From: Selaginella moellendorffii
Taxonomy: Eukaryota > Plantae > Lycopodiophyta
DNA length: 64,000 nt
Assembly (NCBI RefSeq): GCF_000143415.4
Contig: NW_003314408.1
Span: 241,860-305,859, forward strand
Direction: 5' to 3'
The translations under genes and the position numbers were made by a program. Positions 59,914 to 64,000 of the stretch are shown here, in pieces; the stretch's first letter is position 1, and every line of letters begins with the position of its first letter. The notes beneath the pieces are model-generated. The model was given only the letters and a program-made list of their open reading frames with translations, was not told the origin of the DNA and made no database searches.

Positions 59914-60052
59914 TGTAAACTCTTGAATTTAGACTTCTTGGGAGGCCACTCAACTTAATACTATTCAAACCCAATGACACTTAATCCTAAGTATCCCAAG
60001 ACCCAAGACCCAAAACTCTTAACCAATTGGAAAAAGAGTGCACTCTTGTTTT
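59914..60052 (-). mobile_element. Truncated copy of the 5S-bearing LTR
   Basis: TGTAAACTC...GACTTCTTGGGAGGCCAC...CTTAACCAATTGGAAAAAG...TGCACTCTTG is colinear with 58950-59075. Confidence 0.8.
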
Positions 60053-63000
60053 GTTGAGGTGTGACAATGAAATACAATATATTAATTATGCATTTAAGCA
60101 TTTTTTTGATAGTTAGGATTATGACCTTGACATTCAAGGTTATGATCTTGACTATCAAAACTCAGAAAGAAGTGGCAATTGCCACCATGCAAGAGTAGTT
60201 AACGGGGAGAGTTAGCACTCGACCCCTATCTTTATCTCTAGCCTATCACCAATACACATCCATTTGCTCAAGACTCAGAGTATTTTAGTGATGTCAAGCC
60301 TCTCCTTACTCACGACTACTCGTATGAGCTTTTTTGGGGATTGAAGGTCTCAAGTTAATTTCTAATTAACTCATGTGTTCAATAGCTTGTTCTAGGGCAA
60401 AAATTACTACACCAACACAAGATTAATAACATCAAAAGCCCTTTGTTATTTTGCAATCATAATAGCAAACTGGCGCAACTATTTGCAATTGCAAACCTAA
60501 CTACACCAAAGAATTTCTCTTAATTTTTATTGGTGACCATAGTGGGATATGAGACATTGCAAGAAGATTCAAAATCCGAACAAAAAATGCCAAGAAACAC
60601 ATCAAAGAGAAGAGAAATAGATGAAGTTAGTGAAATTGTGAAGATTTTAATGAAATTCAACAAAATGAGGACTACCCAATTGGATTGAAGATGGTAGAAA
60701 ACTAATACACATGTCTTCATTGAAATCAATGCAATTACAATTGACATTCAAGAACACTCAAGACTACGGGATTCAAGAAATTTTTTCTAAAGACTCAAGA
60801 AAGTTTTCCTGACACTTAGAAATATTTTTTTGAGAGTCAAGAAAGTTTATGATAGCAAACATGTCATAGAGACATGTTCCTTTGGAGACCGAACATATAC
60901 CAAATATAAAGATTGTCTTCTTTGTGGTTTCTAGAATTGCACAAAGCCATACACCAAGTGTTACTTGAAGAGGAGATATATTTATTGCATAGCCAAAAAG
61001 ACTACTTTGATAATTAAAGATAAAGAAGAAGTTAGCAAAGCAGTAGAGAAGAAAGAAGATTAAGAAAGATAGAAGCATTCACAAGCAAGATTATATTTGG
61101 TTTGACCACTTTGCAATAGTCTAGAGATTGGCATGGGTAAACCAAAGTCATATTTTCCATCACATTTTTATCAATTTCTTAGGAACATATAAATAAGAAA
61201 ATTTTATACCAGTTACTTTAATTTTTGATAACTAGCCCTTTTGAGTGCTAGTAGCAACCAAAAATAGGACTGTTGAATATCAAATCTGTCAACTCTTCAC
61301 TAGATGAAAAAATCCCAACACTCAAGAAAATGCAATGATTTTACTTCGACTACTATAAGGACTAATTAGTAACACATTACCAACAACAATGATTATCTAA
61401 GTTCATGATCATGCACATCAAAATATAGCAATATGCATCAATGAAACTAGAGACTATCGACTCTATCATCAACCTACACCAACAAAAAATCTCAAGATTA
61501 GAAGATTTGCTATAAATGAACGACCCCAACTTTATCTCCCACCACATCTAAAAGTTCCATTGCACTTGAGAGTTCAACCATAACAAGCAAGAGTATGAAT
61601 TCCAGGACAACCATCACGTCAACAAGTGCAAGAACAACTTTGAATTCAAGCTTATACACAAACTCGAAAAACTCAACCTCAAGATTCAGTTTGAAGCACC
61701 GAAATTCCAATCACAGTCACTCAGACCAACGTGGAAAATACCAACTAATAATCTTAAGAGAAGTTCAAAAAATCATTGAAACATCATAACAAGAAACTCA
61801 AAAAATACAAGACCACCAAGAACAACAATAAAATCAGAAGAAGAAAACGTGAAAATTGAAGAAATTGCAATCATAACATTTCTCACCTTTAAATGCAAGA
61901 TACAAAAAGACTCCTGAAGGCACTCAAGAATCTGCCTCTTAAGATTCAAGAAAGAATTGTCAACAAAGTCTACGATCAATAAAATTAAGAAACACATACA
62001 CTAATCTGTGCTGGAATCATCATCTATTGCAAGAAGTTTATAGGAAATTAAGAGAAAACCAAACTTTACAAGTGGAGAATTATCTTCGAACTTTCCTAGA
62101 TCTCCAACATCTACCTAGATCAAGAATACATTTGCCAAAGAGAAGAAAAACAACACCACAATCAATATAAAGTATAACAAATTTATAAAAAACTTCCAAC
62201 CTTTCTATTACAACAAATTAAAGAAATCATTCTTCAAAGGATACATTACATCCGTCGGCACACCCACAACAATTACAAGATGAAGAAATACGAAGAGGAA
62301 CTTTGGCAAAAGAATGTTGAATACACCCCCAAACATTGCAACTAATAGCTAAAGAAATATATCGGAATCTATATCTCATATGGACTATGATTGAAGATGA
62401 AAAAATACAAGAATCAAATATCATCATTGATTGGAGAATATGGACGCTCATAGTGAGGACGTGCAAGACTTTATACAACACAATTAGAGGTAGGCCATAA
62501 TTACTTTACAACAAATTACACAACAAAAACTTGTAAAAAGAGTGGCTAGAATATGCCTTCCTGTTCAATCCTAAAGTTGGCAAGCAGTGACCTTGTTGAA
62601 AACTAAACAACTTTATTGAGCTGATTATGATATAATAATGTAAATACCAACACACAAGATCATGTTAGTCTACACCACACGATTCTATAACTACACAACA
62701 TTTCCTTAAGAAGAACACAACAAGCCAAAGATAACAACAAGAAATCCAACAAAATGAATTCAAGAAACCAAATTCAAGAAAAAACAACAACTCAAGAAAA
62801 ATCCAGCACAATATCGAATATACAAGCACAAACCTGACCCACTCAAGATACAAGAGCGAGATTGACAACAAAAAAATCAAAAAAGTAGAAGACAACTCTA
62901 GCAACCTTCAACACTAGACAAATAGAAAATTCAAGCTCAAAAAGTAATCCTTGAGACAATATTCAATGACTACGACAAAACAAACCAAGCAACACAAGTC

Positions 63001-63179
63001 AGCAAATCAAGTTGCACAACTACAACAAAATTAAAAGAAAATTCAACATTAGAAGATTTACAATTAAATGAAGATATACCACCACTAGAGACTCTAGAAT
63101 ACAAAGGTTACACCATCAACAATTATCAATCGTATCCACCATCATAAAAAAACAAGTTTTAAGCAACACCAAAGACATG

Positions 63180-63560
63180 TCACTCATTAATTTAACACCA
63201 TATGGCAACATAATCACCTATCTGATTTTTACTAGAAGTAAAATAGAAGATGTAGAAAGACATCTCCAACAATTCAACCTCATTATCAAAGTTAACTAAC
63301 AACAGGCAAACGAAACACTTCTTTTTCCTTTTACACTCAAAGGCAAAGCACTCGAATGGTACTACAACCTCGAAAAAAAACTCGACTACAAAGAAAAAAT
63401 CAAAAGATTTAAAGACAAATATCAACTTGATGGCACAACTGCTGAACATTTAGAACACCTCAAGAGTATCAAATAAAAAAGTAAAGAAGACATTGAAGAC
63501 TATACCCAAAGATTCAAATATCATGTAAACCATTGCAAAAATCTACTCACTGAGCAAGGT
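63180..63560 (+). mobile_element. Retrotransposon gag remnant within A-rich decayed element DNA (about 60100-63560)
   Basis: LFPFTLKGKALEWYYNL at about 63321-63370, then EDIEDYTQRFK, with frameshifts and stops. Confidence 0.75.
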
Positions 63561-63895
63561 AGTTACATTTGGAATGAGTAATCAGTATTTCGAATTATTT
63601 ATATATTTCTGGTCATGTCAAAATGTTGAAATGTACAATAGAAATTTCAAATTTATTTGAACTTCAACATTCCTATTTTTATTTGGGACCAATAAAGCCC
63701 AAAACTTTCTATAGGTTCAAACGAACTTCTAATTCTAGAAATAGTATTTTATTGTATAAATTGCATTAGAAAGATTAAAAAAATAGAAATTTCTCTAACA
63801 TTTCCTTATAAGACTTATAGTTGACTATGTTCACTAGCATTAACTTGAGTGGAAATGAGTTCAACTTGTGAGCTTAACTCAAGTTTGGACCATCT

Positions 63896-63948
63896 TATAA
63901 GCTCATGAATTTGGACTTCCCGGGTGGTCACCTAACCCAGTACTATTC
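63896..63948 (-). mobile_element. Fifth 5S-bearing LTR copy, cut off by sequence starting TGTAAG at 63949
   Basis: GGACTTCCCGGGTGGTCACCTAACCCAGTACTATTC matches the solo LTR and then stops abruptly at a TG-start, probably a nested LTR insertion. Confidence 0.75.
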
Positions 63949-64000
63949 TGTAAGCCACAAATTTTTCCTTTCCAATTTGCCAGCTTACCTCGTCTATCCG

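Overview
Eukaryotic land-plant nuclear DNA. Very short GT-AG introns (about 45-70 nt), very tight gene spacing and GC-rich intronless genes point to a compact lycophyte genome such as Selaginella (inference). The gene-dense part (0.4-46 kb) holds, in order: EPSPS; an intronless Crinkler-type P-loop NTPase + restriction-endonuclease-fold gene; two MIR171 hairpins upstream of an NSP2-like GRAS gene; PnsB5; a short RFC1-like gene; an F-box gene; COA6-like; a lipase; a UIM/EF-hand gene; SGR6; ACCase alpha-CT; a CPBP protease; and a VIT-like transporter. From 45.6 to 64 kb the sequence is mostly decayed Ty3/Gypsy DNA, with captured gene fragments, a head-to-head pair of unusual genes (one with tandem alpha-crystallin domains) and five copies of a short LTR carrying a 5S rRNA internal-promoter segment. 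The strongest leads are (1) the 5S-bearing Cassandra-like TRIM family, including a solo LTR with a perfect 5-bp TSD, (2) the MIR171-MIR171-NSP2-like cluster in which the GRAS gene lacks the miR171 site, and (3) the header-less NTPase+REase gene. All family calls come from motif recognition by eye and recalled reference sequences; no database searches were run.
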